64,000 bases of DNA from Xylographa opegraphella (taxonomy: Eukaryota). Location of the stretch: NCBI GenBank assembly GCA_022813865.1, contig JALDZX010000004.1:186001-250000 (forward strand), written 5' to 3'. Positions 52,573-64,000 of the stretch are shown piece by piece. A model generated the notes under the pieces. The model did not search any database. It was given only the letters and a program-made list of their open reading frames with translations, and was not told where the DNA came from. A program made the position numbers and the translations under genes. Position 1 is the first letter of the stretch; each line of letters opens with the position of its first letter.

Positions 52573-53617
52573 CTTCAACGACGCAGAATATATAATTACA
52601 ATAACTCAAAATGGGAAATGAGAAGGCGTCTTCATCTTTAATGACAGGTAATGAATGAGAATAACGAGGACGTCGACCTCATCATCGAAAATAGCGTATT
52701 CAGCTGACGACAATATAAGAAAACCAATACAAGAGCAGATGAAGGTGCTTGTCTTACTTCATTGAAGCCCATTGCATGTCAAACACCACAGCCAGATTAC
52801 CGCTCAAATATTCGCCGCACGTGATAATATGTTGTGTAACACGAAGGAGAGCACCATGCATCTGAGCTCGTGCATAGAATGCTTGTAGAAGGCGTCCAAT
52901 CAGGGCTCAAATATGGAGCTAGGCCGCTGAAGGTGCCGATCCTGCTCTATCATGGCAGCGATCACAGAGTACCTACGGAGTACTTCTTTTCTTGCTTCCC
53001 GAACTCGAGTTGTAACATCTCAGATCCGGTCGCTACTAGTCTGCACAACTTCAGCTGGATATTCTCACATGGAACTGACATTTGGTACACATAACATGGT
53101 GAAAGGTTGGGTTCTGCGGTTAGTGAAATTTGCTAGTGTTCAGAAAACTACGCCTGACGTGACAAAAAGAACCTGAACCACGTTGACGTATCATTGATGA
53201 AAAATGTAAACTGTAGCTCTGGTACTTGGGTTAGGATTCTGGGAATAATTATGAAGCGAGGGTTTTACTGTGGCGTGAGCTTCAGCCTACAGCATTCTCA
53301 CAATTATACAGTTTCCATGCGAACTGAAGACAGGCATTGAAATATCTTGGATTGTATTTAAGATTCTTCGAACTTGCAGGCAAACCAGCACGAGTTTCAG
53401 GGCAGAACCATGCTTTTCATTTATACGATGTAGAGCTTTGGACTTGCTCGTGACATTGAGTTATATTATGAAAAGCCATTCAAGAAATCAGATTCAAAAG
53501 GGTATCTAACCACAGAATTCCCGCCACGTCGAACCTCAAATCCAGAAAGCAAAACCTTACACGAGATTACAGCTTTGTCGACCCTTTTCTCAAAGTCAAC
53601 ACAAGGTCTTCCATGCT

Positions 53618-55486
53618 TCACCGTCTTCCCATGTCATGCCTAATCCTCACCCCACTCAGCCCTTTCACACTATCCCAAACGCTGTCACCGACCCGAACAG
53701 GCAGCTTCCTCCCTTTAAGACACTGATCGACAAGCCACGTCCCAACTACGAACTCCTCCCGTCTAAGCTGTCCCTCTTTTGGAGTACTCACGAGCTCCCA
53801 TATATCCTCCAGCATGTTGGGCGCCAGCTGGCTGCGTTTCCAAATATCCTTGACCACCAGACCGTGTACACATTCACGTGCGTCGAATGTGGATTCCTGT
53901 TTACTATCGCCAGTGGAGAGAGAAGGATCGAGAAGCAAACCTCTATTCGCAGCCCAGAGGCCCTCGTACCGTTTGCGTTCCCGCTCTGTGATGCTCTCGC
54001 GCCAGCGCTTGCGATCACCCTCGGCGTGTTTATTCGGATGCTTTTTGAGAATATAGTGATGATGCTTTTTGTGATCATCATCCGAATGAGTTGATAACTT
54101 CCGCAGAGTCTGACGCATTGGCTTGGTAGGCGAGGAAGCGCGGGACAGATGCTGCGGCGGTAAGAAGAGGTGACGTGAACGCGAATGGCTGCGAGAATAT
54201 GAAGGGGAAGCTTTAATGGGTGAGGTAGCGCGAGAGGAGGCAAGAGAGGATGCTATAGAGGAGGCAATCATCGCGTTTGCCAAAGAGTCGGCCGTCAGTT
54301 GCGGAATGATACGATTTGTGGTGTATCTGATCTCAGGACGTGAAGACGCGCGACGCGGGACACGAGGCCTACTGGTAAAGGAAGGTCGAGAAGTCAAGGG
54401 TGGGGGTAGGACGGGTTTATTGGATATGGCGGAGATAGATTTCTCGATTGTACCTGTTCTAGAGAGAACGTCTCGTGCTGATGTATACGATGAAGACGAT
54501 GATTCACTTTCCGACCAATTTAAGGAAACTGGGACTTGCCGCCGCTGAGGGCCAGCTTTCGACATTGAAGGCTTTGTATGACGTGGAGGAGGTAAAGCCG
54601 GTGGGACTTTCGAGATAACAGAGGACGGAGAAAGAGACATTAGCGGCACGTTGTTTGCCTGTTCTTCAATATTTGTGACAGCGGAGGTCGTTTGCCTGAA
54701 ATCGTTGCCTGGGATCGGTTTATGTAAACCAGGGTCTTCGATACTGAGCGAGGCGGTACTATTCTTCAAGGTGTTTGACGAGAGCCTGAGCGCTACCGAA
54801 GGTCGAATTGGTGTTGGACTGACGATTTGCCTGGTGTGCTGAGATTGACTTGTATCTCCGACGGACTCCCGGACTTTACCCACGTCCTGATTATTCGCCG
54901 CGTCTTTGACCTCCACATTAGCCTCAGTGATTCCATACCTCGACTCGAAGAGCTGCACCAGTTCCATCGTTGCCGGTATGCTTTCATCTTGGCGCTCAGG
55001 TGCCGGTATAGATTGACCACGAGCTCGAGATGTTTTTGTGCTCGTGCTACTGAGAGGAGCGATCAAAGGTACCGGAGTAGATCTTGCAGCAGCTAAAATA
55101 GCGGCGATATGCGAAGGCGACTGCTGGCGACTCGAATTTGCCGTTGAAGATAGTCTCAAGCTCTCCACGCTGCTAGAAGTAGCTCGCTTCAGAGGCACTT
55201 CTCTGACAGGGGTTCGTGGTAGGTCGCTTGAGGTAGGAGCCTGAGCTTGCACAGAGGCTATAGTGGTATGGACGTTGTTCTTGTTTCGGCCTATTCCGGC
55301 TCTTGTCGCAGCGGCAAGAGCTCCATTGTTACCGCTGTAGGTGTTGACCAAGGGTTTGGGAGGTGGAGGTGGTGCGCGGAATGCGAGTGAGGCACCTCTG
55401 AGTGCTACATTGCGATGCGGATCGTCAGTAGACACGCTCGAACGTCCGTCGAATGAGCGAGCACTCGGAGGGCTGAAGGATTTCAT
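53618..55486 (-). CDS. IRS4: Increased rDNA silencing protein 4 (EH-domain protein)
   Basis: ALRGASLAF N-terminus, Ser/Pro-rich middle, LANAMIASSIAS, KHAEGDRKRWRESITERERKRYEGLWAANRG and EH domain (VVKDIWKRSQL...EEFVVGTWLVDQCLKGRKLP). Confidence 0.88.
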   Translation of the reverse strand: MKSFSPPSARSFDGRSSVSTDDPHRNVALRGASLAFRAPPPPPKPLVNTYSGNNGALAAATRAGIGRNKNNVHTTIASVQAQAPTSSDLPRTPVREVPLKRATSSSVESLRLSSTANSSRQQSPSHIAAILAAARSTPVPLIAPLSSTSTKTSRARGQSIPAPERQDESIPATMELVQLFESRYGITEANVEVKDAANNQDVGKVRESVGDTSQSQHTRQIVSPTPIRPSVALRLSSNTLKNSTASLSIEDPGLHKPIPGNDFRQTTSAVTNIEEQANNVPLMSLSPSSVISKVPPALPPPRHTKPSMSKAGPQRRQVPVSLNWSESESSSSSYTSARDVLSRTGTIEKSISAISNKPVLPPPLTSRPSFTSRPRVPRRASSRPEIRYTTNRIIPQLTADSLANAMIASSIASSLASSRATSPIKASPSYSRSHSRSRHLFLPPQHLSRASSPTKPMRQTLRKLSTHSDDDHKKHHHYILKKHPNKHAEGDRKRWRESITERERKRYEGLWAANRGLLLDPSLSTGDSKQESTFDARECVHGLVVKDIWKRSQLAPNMLEDIWELVSTPKEGQLRREEFVVGTWLVDQCLKGRKLPVRVGDSVWDSVKGLSGVRIRHDMGRR

Positions 55487-56003
55487 GGAATCATGGGGTC
55501 CAGGTGGAAGGCAACTAAGTGCTGCAAAGGCTGGTGAAGATGTGTGAGCATTTTCCCGTGGCAGATTGCAAGGTTTGCCGCGCCTTTGGCCACTCTTTGT
55601 GTGTGATAGGCCTACATAGGTGATGTAAGGCTATAGAAATGACAAAGGCGGTTGCTCTTTCTAATGATACATTTAAGGTTTACAATAGAGCCACGTAAGG
55701 CTGACAGCTCTCGGTTGTGGGCAGCGCTAGCCCTGCTCGAAAAGGTAAGGTAACTTTTCTTTCTCGAATACTTACGGTTGAGGTTGATCTCCGCGATTGA
55801 GATTACGGTCGCGTCTTGAAGTCCTGGGATAACTCAGTCCGTATCTCATGGTAAGATAGGCGTGCAGGAGTTGCCAGGTCATTTTGTAAATTATTTGGCT
55901 ATTAGTGATCTATCATGAATACCACTTCTAACGCCAATCATTTCACCATGAAACCCTCCTGTCTAACGTATGCCGCCAACGCCTCGCTCCAAAGTTCCAA
56001 ATT

Positions 56004-58033
56004 TCACCAGGTGCTTCTCGTCACAATATCGATAGTTTCAAGTAGTGATAAGGTCCAGCTTCGGAGTGACAAAACCCTGTCCATCATCTGAGATCGTGCA
56101 CGGTGGAGGATAGTTTTTTGAGACCCTTGTCGAGAAGTGGTGTTGCCCAGCGTTGACTCCAATCTGATACCTTGAACGTGTGCCACATTCTGTAGTTCAA
56201 ACTTAGGGGAAACTAGCGGCTTGACACGTTGTCGTACCATCGTACGTTGCTCAAAAGCATACGCAACGGAAATCAGCTTTTCCTCACTCCACGCTCGACC
56301 CACGAAGGAGATCCCAAATGGAATATTTGGAGCTACCGAAACCGTAGTCCCTTTCAGATTCATTACTAGAGGCGTGTCAGCAGGATAGTACCCCAAAGGG
56401 ACAGTCACTATCGGCAATCCAGCAATTGCAGGTAGATGAAATGATGCAAATGTAGGCAGGACTAAAACATCACAGCCATATCTATCCAATGCTCCAACAA
56501 CTCCCTCTTCCAGACCCATCTTCAGGTTGGCCTCATAGGCTCGAAACGACTCAGATGATCCGCTACTGATGTTCCTCGATAGTTCTCGATCCCAGACGTA
56601 TGTGTCCCGGTCTGGATACTCTTCGCGTGGATCACCTTTCGTGAAAGCAGCCAAGTCTTCGAGGCTGTGTATGCCAAAGGGATTATGGTCCAGATGCAAG
56701 AAGTATTCAGCAAGACCTGCAACAAAGTCTGTATCCAGGACAATACTGGCATTGCGACTGAAAGCAGGGAAATCGAAGACGGGGAAATTGGCTTTATCGA
56801 TGATCGTAGCACCAGCATTGCTCATGACCTGGAGTGCATTTTCAAAATCGTCCATAATCGGCTTAGTGCGCTCGTCCAGAAAGTAATCGATGCCATTTCT
56901 TGGGATCCCGATCCGAACCCCTTTGAGGCCAAAGAAGTCACATGCTTTAACATAGTCGGGAGTGGATCCGTGCCTGAAAGGTTGCGCGGAAGTCCAGTTA
57001 TCAAACTTGTCCGGTCCAGCAATGGCACTCAGAACATATGCAGCATCTTTCACTGTCCTCGTCATCGGTCCCACGGTATCTTGCCTCAAACTGATGGGAA
57101 TCACCATACTCCGGGATGTGAGTCCTAATGTTGGTTTGATCCCGACGCCGTTACCTTTCTCGCTTGGATTGACGATACTGCCTGAAGTCTCGGTACCTAT
57201 GCTTGCGAGTGCTAATCCGACTGAAACAGCTACAGCGCTTCCACTCGAGCTCCCGGACGGGTCTTGTTGAGGATAGTACGCTCCATACACCTGTCCGCCA
57301 TAAGCACTCCATCCATGAGATGAACTCGCTTTGCGAGATCTACACTGTGCCCACTCGCCCATCGTTGCTTTGCCCAAGATGATTGCACCAGCAGAACGAA
57401 GCTTTGTAATCACAGTTGCCTCTCGTGTTACAGTCGCACCGACTAATGCAAATGATCCAGCTAGATAATGTCAGCGGCCCGCGTTTCGGGAATAAGTGCA
57501 AGATAATACCTGTATTATTTAGTTTGTCCAACGTCGCAATGTTGTCTTTGACAAGGATCGGTACACCATGCAGAGGCCTTAGATTGTGTTCAGTATTGTA
57601 ACAGAGACCTCCAAGTATTGAAGGCTTCACCTTACCCACGAATGTGGCCTTGAACACGCTCGGCATCAAGAATCCGAGCGATGCTTAGGGCATCTGGATT
57701 GATCTCGCCAACGGCGTGGAGGACATGGTTCACCTCGAAGATACGCTCGATATATGCCTATATAGGTTACGACGTTTCATTGAGATAGCACGACTCATAA
57801 CATACGCGCACAAGATCGACACTCGTCAGTGTACCGTCGGCGAAATAGTGAATTAAATCATCAATCGTGATCTCGTCCAACGGCAGGAAGTGAGAAGATG
57901 GTGCGCTCCCAGCGACCGTGGAACTTGCGTCAAGCAGCCACGGTCGCTCGGGCGCACCCACAGCCAAGAGGGGGAGGTCAAGGGAAACGAGAGGAATCAG
58001 CCCCAGGAAGAGGCTGACACCAAGCCATTTCAT
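56004..58033 (-). CDS. Secreted amidase-signature family enzyme
   Basis: Signal peptide MKWLGVSLFLGLIPLVSL, PLHGVPILVKDNIAT, GAIILGKA, PSGSSSGSAVA, IGTETSGSIV and GPMTRTVKDAA. Three 5' introns. Confidence 0.92.
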
Positions 58034-58782
58034 CACACGCTCAAGAAGCAGATGACAGGAGCCTGAAGTGGTTGCAGTGCAGCTTGTACTGGTACTCTAC
58101 GGTGCGACGTGATGAACGAGCTACAACGACAACGTATGAAGGGTGAAGAAGAAATGCACAAAGACGAGCAGTGAAGTGGCACAAAGCTGCATGGTCGCGC
58201 TGCGCACAACACGAATGGTACTCCACTATCATCACTACGGTACCTTAGATAACCATCACACCCAGCTCCCGGCCACTCGTCTAGTGCGAGACCCTTTGCG
58301 CACACAACAGTGGTCCTGCCCAGCAATTGCATGGCGGATAGGTGGCGGTGAGTTAGGCAGAGTGGATGATAACGGGAGATGAAGACCAGCACGAGATGAG
58401 ACCTGGACCGTGAGACAGGGGCTGACTGATAAAACATGACACACCAGATAAGGGGTATAGTGGGTCATGTGACTGTCAAGGCTTGGCAGAGGATTCCCAA
58501 TCTCGCCGCTGATTGGCTGCCTGACCTAGAACTCTCAGCCCTGCAACGTCACCTGTTGGCTGTCAATAAGGTACAGAACACCTCGCTAAGGGACCTGGAA
58601 CCCTGAGTAAAGTACCCAGGGAAGGTAGGTACCTTAGGTAAGGTAAGGTAGGAGTGCTGCCTGCAAACACCTTCAACCGTGCACATCGTACACGCAGCTC
58701 CCGCTTCCACCAAGATGTCGAGAGTGGTCCATCATAACAAAAGATTCCATGCTGGATCGCACATCCACTCTTTCGCCTAGTC

Positions 58783-61700
58783 ATGCCTCCCCCTTCCATA
58801 AGACGCCAAGACTCTGATACCGTGGATGCCTCGGGCACGCAGCCACAGGTGTTGATCTCTGAGCATGATTTGGATGAAAAGTCACTTCTTCATTTTCTTT
58901 CCCAAACCACCGGCACTAACCCCTTTACAGATATCCCAATCGACCTCGCAACTTTGCCAAGACGCTGCCCTTCCATGATTTGTTTATAACACTGTTCAAT
59001 CCACTGAACAACAACAAGAAGAAGCCATCAGGACCTGTCGTTTCGAGAAAGAAACAAGGGCCACACGGACCGTCGAGCCTGTCACCCCATGAAGTGCGCC
59101 GCTCGATTATCGAGCGATTCATTTCACGATGGAGAAAAGAGGTCGGCAACGACATTTATCCGGCGTTCAGACTTATCATTCCAGAGAAAGACCGAGACCG
59201 TGCCATGTACGGTCTCAAGGAGCGGACCATCGGCAAGCTGCTCATCAAGGCTATGAAGATCAACTCCAAATCGGAAGATGCCCAGGATTTGATCCACTGG
59301 AAACTCCCTGGCCAGACGACAACCAGTAAGATGGCGGGCGAATTTGCAGGTCGGTGCTACGAAGTCGTGAACAAACGCCCAATCACATCCGACGTGGGGT
59401 CCATGTCCATCGGAGAAGTCAATGACTTACTCGACAAACTAGCTGGAGCGCAGCGGGAAGAGCATCAGCTACCGATCATTGAGGAATTCTACGGTAAGAT
59501 GAACGCCGAAGAAATTATGTGGCTCGTTCGGATCATTCTACGCCAGATGAAGGTTGGAGCTACTGAAAAGACACTCTTCGATATCTGGCATCCAGATGCC
59601 GAGAATTTGTTTAATGTTTCTTCTAGCCTACGCCGCGTGTGCTGGGAGCTGTATGATCCCTCGATCCGCCTCGACGGTGAAGACCGAGACATCAATCTCA
59701 TGCAGTGCTTTCAACCTCAACTCGCACAATTTCAAATGCGCGGTTTCAAAAAGATGGTTGACAGGATGCGGCCGACCGAGGAAGACAGTACCTTCTGGAT
59801 CGAGGAGAAGCTGGATGGGGAAAGGATGCAATTGCACATGGTCAGCGACAATGGAATCGCTGGCGGCAAACGGTTCAAGTTCTGGTCTCGAAAAGCTAAG
59901 GAATACACATATCTGTACGGAGAGAGTTTCTTCGACGATAATTCCGCCCTGACAAGACACATCAAGGAGGCTTTCCATGAAGGCGTCCAGAATATCATAC
60001 TCGATGGAGAAATGATAACGTGGGATCCGAAACAAGACGCGATCGTACCCTTTGGCACCCTTAAGACAGCAGCAATTGCCGACCAGCAAAATCCTTTTTC
60101 CGATACCGCTCACCGTCCGCTGTTCCGCGTCTTCGACCTCCTGTACCTCAACGGCGTTGCACTTACCCACTATACACTTCGAGATCGGCGGAATGCTCTC
60201 GAGGCCAGTGTCAAGTCCATTCATCGACGATTTGAGATACATCCCTATGTGGAAGCTCACAGCGTTGAGGAGATCGAGCCGATATTACGCAAAGTAGTCG
60301 AGGAAGCATCGGAAGGGTTGGTCCTCAAGAATCCCCGTTCATCTTATCGCCTCAATGCACGAAATGATGATTGGATGAAAGTGAAACCGGAGTATATGGA
60401 CGGTTATGGAGAGTCTTTGGATTGCGTAGTCATCGGTGGCTACTATGGCTCTGGGCGTCGCGGTGGAGGTCTATCCAGCTTTCTTTGCGGCTTAAGAGTC
60501 GATGAGAATCAGATTAGCCAGGGTGCAAATCCAATGAAGTGCTATTCGTTTTTCAAAGTCGGTGGTGGTCTCAATGGCGCCGACTACGCAGAAGTGCGGC
60601 ACCGTACCGAAGGAAAGTGGAAAGTTTGGGACTCGAAACGACCTCCGAGCGAATACATCGAACTAGCGGGTGGTGCTTTACAGTATGAGAAACCCGATGT
60701 ATGGATTAGACCAGATGAATCGGTTGTGGTGTCTGTCAAAGCAGCAAGTATCACGGCGACCGATAAGTTCAGAGTCGGATTTACGGGTCGATTCCCGCGT
60801 TTCAAATCCCTCCGACGAGATCGGGCTTGGGATTCTGCATTATCAATCCAAGGCTTTTTACAACTCAAAGCCGAAGTTGAGACAAAGCTGAAGGAGGAGG
60901 GCTTCCGCGTAGATGATAGTCGAAGGAAACGAGTGAAGACGACACACAAGAAACCTCTGGTCGTGGCAGGCAGTGAAGCAAAGCCCACAATACCATATGT
61001 AGGACCGACGAACACCATCTTCGAGGGCTTGAGCTTCTTCATAATGACCGAGTCGCTTATACCAGAGAAGAAAACGAAAGCAGAGCTCGAACAGCTCGTC
61101 AAAGACAATGGCGGCAAAATTTTTCAAACACATAATGCAAGTCCAAACACCATCTGCATTGCTAACAAGAGACTCGTTAAGGTGGCCGCTCTGCAGAAAT
61201 TGGGAAAGTTTGACATAATACGACCGTCATGGCTGCTTGATTGTATAAGGCAGTGCGAAAGTGACTCTGGCAGGCCACGGTTGCTTTTGCCCATAGAACC
61301 TGCGCATCTTTTTTCAGCATTGGACGGAACGAGGGAGCTTGCACAAGATAACGTCGATGAGTATGGCGACAGTTATGCCAGAGATGTGACAGTAGCCGAA
61401 CTGCGGACCATTTTCGACCAGATGCCACGGGAATTCGAGCACGAGTTCAATGCGCACGATTTCAAAGAGGAACTCGAGCAACACGGTCACGAATTGGCAG
61501 AGTTCCCGGGGCAGATGCCTGAAGGCTCCCTAGTCTTCGTTGACGCACTCCATTCATCTCAAAGCGATGGCACTTTCAACACGGATGACACTTTCAACAC
61601 GGATGACATAGGCATCCCGGGCACGGCTGATCTCAGGTACAAGCAAGCATGCAACACAGCAAGGTTTGCAGGTGCAGCAATCACGACGCACGTGGTTGAC

Positions 61701-61868
61701 TCGAACATCTCTCACGTCCTCATTGGAGAAGACCGTCGGAATTTGCGCGCTCTTCGCAAGGAATTCTCCACACGCAGGAAACTACCTCGTTTCGTGACAC
61801 TGGAATGGATCGAAGAGAGCTGGAAGGCGAAGACGTTGCTTGACGAAGAGCGCTTCGTCCCAGTCTGA
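58783..61868 (+). CDS. LIG4: DNA ligase IV (NHEJ)
   Basis: Intron ~58881-58930. EKDRDRAMYGLKE, adenylation motif EEKLDGERMQ, ILDGEM, EGLVLK, WMKVKPEY, RFPRF and two C-terminal BRCT domains. Confidence 0.96.
61571..61608 (+). repeat. Perfect 18-bp tandem duplication within LIG4 (TFNTDD x2)
   Basis: CACTTTCAACACGGATGA at 61571 and 61589. Confidence 0.9.
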
Positions 61869-63438
61869 GACCTCAATAGCGTCCAGTCTGAGATTTCAGT
61901 AGCGCCCACAATACCCACTTCCGTTTACCTTGGACTACGGCTTTCAGCAATATGCACTTCTGGGCGCACGGCACTGGGTGGAGGAGTCTATCCTAATCCC
62001 AATACCGTTGCTTTTCCTCAACGACGCTTTCCGCTGGTGAAAATCTCTGCGGTGTTCATCGACCGGCCCACCGGCTCGGCAGCAGCGAGTGTAGGTCTGT
62101 ATTCGAATTTGACAAAGTCCGCTGTGTCATAGAATTGGCACGGAGTTCAACACGATGGGTTGGGCGGAGTCCACGATGTGCCGCACGTAAGCGAGCGGAG
62201 CCATGATGGCATGGAACGTACGGAGTTTCGAAGTAGCAGATCCGGGGTAACCCAGCGATGCAAAAAAGGCAAAACGACGGTAAACTCGGTGGAGGATATA
62301 GGTTTAAGCAAGCTATTGGTTCCCATCATCACGGCCTATTTCTATCAGATAGGCTGAGGACGAGAGTGTTTGTCTCGCGCTACAGAGTACCGGCCTCGTG
62401 GTTAGCTGGACAGCTGTCATCCAGAGAACAAACAAGTAACGGTGATTTCCCTTCTCCTGCTGTAGGCATCCCGACCGCGAAGGTGAAGGTACAGTGTAAG
62501 GTAGGCCCCAACGATGCACGGACGTCATCGGCCGATTCCGCGTGGTCTTGCCGCATCGGACGTAGGGCCACGTTCCCGAGTTTCATAGGCCAAGACGCTA
62601 CACCCGAATCCTCTCCGGAAGATCCATCTTGTAGAGTAAGATTTATGTAACCACCGACAGCACGCACGCCTGTCCCACCTGCCCCATTCAGCGCTTGATC
62701 AATCTGGTGCCGGAAATTCCTCCGAGCCCCAGCTCCAAAAGCGCATGGTTACGAAAGTTGTACCAGGACCAATTTCTAGTACTGTGCTACTATCAGAGGT
62801 GAAAAAGCCGTGATAAGTAGGTAAGGTAGGTGGCCTACTCGGGTGCATGACGCTCGCGGCTGCAGCGCCCAACCAGCATGTGTCGTGTGCCTTTGCTTCT
62901 TATCTCTGGCCGAACTTGTCGGGCGGACGCCTGCGCTCTCGTAGGCTGCGCTCGGCTTACCTGATACGCTATTGTGTCACCTTACTTATCTTGGCTGCGA
63001 AAGGGCAAACTCCTTCGTCTCGCTGGAGGCAGAAAGTCCGTGCGACCTTCCTCGACCGCTCCTTCAGTCGCCCGCCGACTCCATTGCCATCACGACAGTG
63101 ACCGCCATTCTCACATTTCCCTTCAAAAGATGCGCACTCTTGCGGTCCATACCAAAGTCTCGCACCGTATGTGCCAAGATAAGCGTCCACACAGGGCCGC
63201 ACGACTCGAGGACCGTCATCCGAGGACACTGGTGATGAGACGATAGGCCAGTTGAAAAGAAATATATTGCATTCATTTCATCGAAGACATGATGGTGCCA
63301 CGGGCCTACCACTATGCCACTCCGCTGCCCGTCCGATCGCCGACACAAGATGAGAAGAGAGGGACAGTAGAAGGACGACGTGTCAAAACAGAAGGGACGA
63401 AAAAAACACAAGTCTCGAGGCCCACGATACCGGTGAAG

Positions 63439-64000
63439 ATGGCTGCAGCCCCTCCGCCTCCGGTCACGGCTTCAAGACCGGTGATAATTCCTACCCGTAG
63501 TCAAAGTCCGCGGCTACGGTCTCGCCGGGAGTCTGGCATCGTGGTTCGGGAAGAGCGGGACGATAATGGTCCCCTTCATGACATGGATGCCGTATCGCCA
63601 TCAATGGCGGCCTTACTCGCCATGACCTCGATGCCCGAGAGCAAGAGCCTGGCGTCTCGTCGTTTGAAGTCTGGCCGATCCAGAAGGGTTTCCGACCTCC
63701 AATCATTGGAAGGTACACGGAAAGATCAAACGCGGCCGCCGTTGTCGAGCTCAAGTCCGCAATCCTGGGAACTCCTGCAGAGTCCCCCTCAAGACTCGGA
63801 TACTGACAATTGGAGTATTGGCAGTGATAGCACTGTAGCTCCCCTATCCTCTTTTCGTTCCCTGTCAAGCGAGTCCATGCCGTCTCTCGACATCGATCTC
63901 GAATCGCCGCAGTCAGCAAGCCAAGTTTCTACGCCCGGAAAGCGCGTTGGAAGGCGTGACCGACGAGGCAAATCCCTCTCCGAGTCACTTGTGGAAGACT
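63439..64000 (+). CDS. 5' part of a Ser/Pro-rich hypothetical protein (runs off the window end)
   Basis: Frame is open from ATG 63439 to the end: MAAAPPPPVTASRPVIIPTR...MAALLAMTSMP...SWELLQSPP...RSLSSESMPSLD. It is missing from the ORF track because no stop falls inside the window. Confidence 0.7.
   Translation, partial: MAAAPPPPVTASRPVIIPTRSQSPRLRSRRESGIVVREERDDNGPLHDMDAVSPSMAALLAMTSMPESKSLASRRLKSGRSRRVSDLQSLEGTRKDQTRPPLSSSSPQSWELLQSPPQDSDTDNWSIGSDSTVAPLSSFRSLSSESMPSLDIDLESPQSASQVSTPGKRVGRRDRRGKSLSESLVED

Noticed and set aside
55798..55848. TPP riboswitch
   Set aside because: The 3' GCG-A-GG/P4 elements are missing, there is no thiamine-related host gene, and no plus-strand gene here.
61900..63420. 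Short ORFs downstream of LIG4
   Set aside because: No protein-like composition or motifs; more likely UTR/promoter of the gene starting at 63439.

Overview
Eukaryotic, gene-dense fungal DNA. Short GT-AG introns with CTAAC/CTGAC branch sites and the gene families point to a filamentous ascomycete (Pezizomycotina). Bases 1-13.4 kb look accessory: an intronless, GC-rich secreted protein with prokaryote-like architecture, a FunK1 kinase pseudogene, a thaumatin-like protein, an MFS drug transporter and a truncated esterase. Bases 14-64 kb are mostly housekeeping genes: mitochondrial IF3, RluA pseudouridine synthase, thioesterase, Gfo/Idh/MocA oxidoreductase, CCCH protein, POT1, importin-alpha, Zn-dehydrogenase, ASE1, CSN5, MSE1, DnaJ, RPL32, TUF1, IRS4, amidase and LIG4. 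This run is interrupted at 46.9-52.6 kb by a convergent pair of paralogous ~800-aa genes of unknown function, one intact and one broken. The most notable observations are that pair, the candidate horizontally acquired gene at 134-1474, a DnaJ start codon apparently split by an intron, a 78-nt-period repeat in mtIF3, and CpA>TpA-type nonsense lesions in the pseudogenes. I recognised no tRNA, rRNA, CRISPR array or intact transposon. Exon boundaries were read by eye and family assignments come from motif recognition, not database searches.
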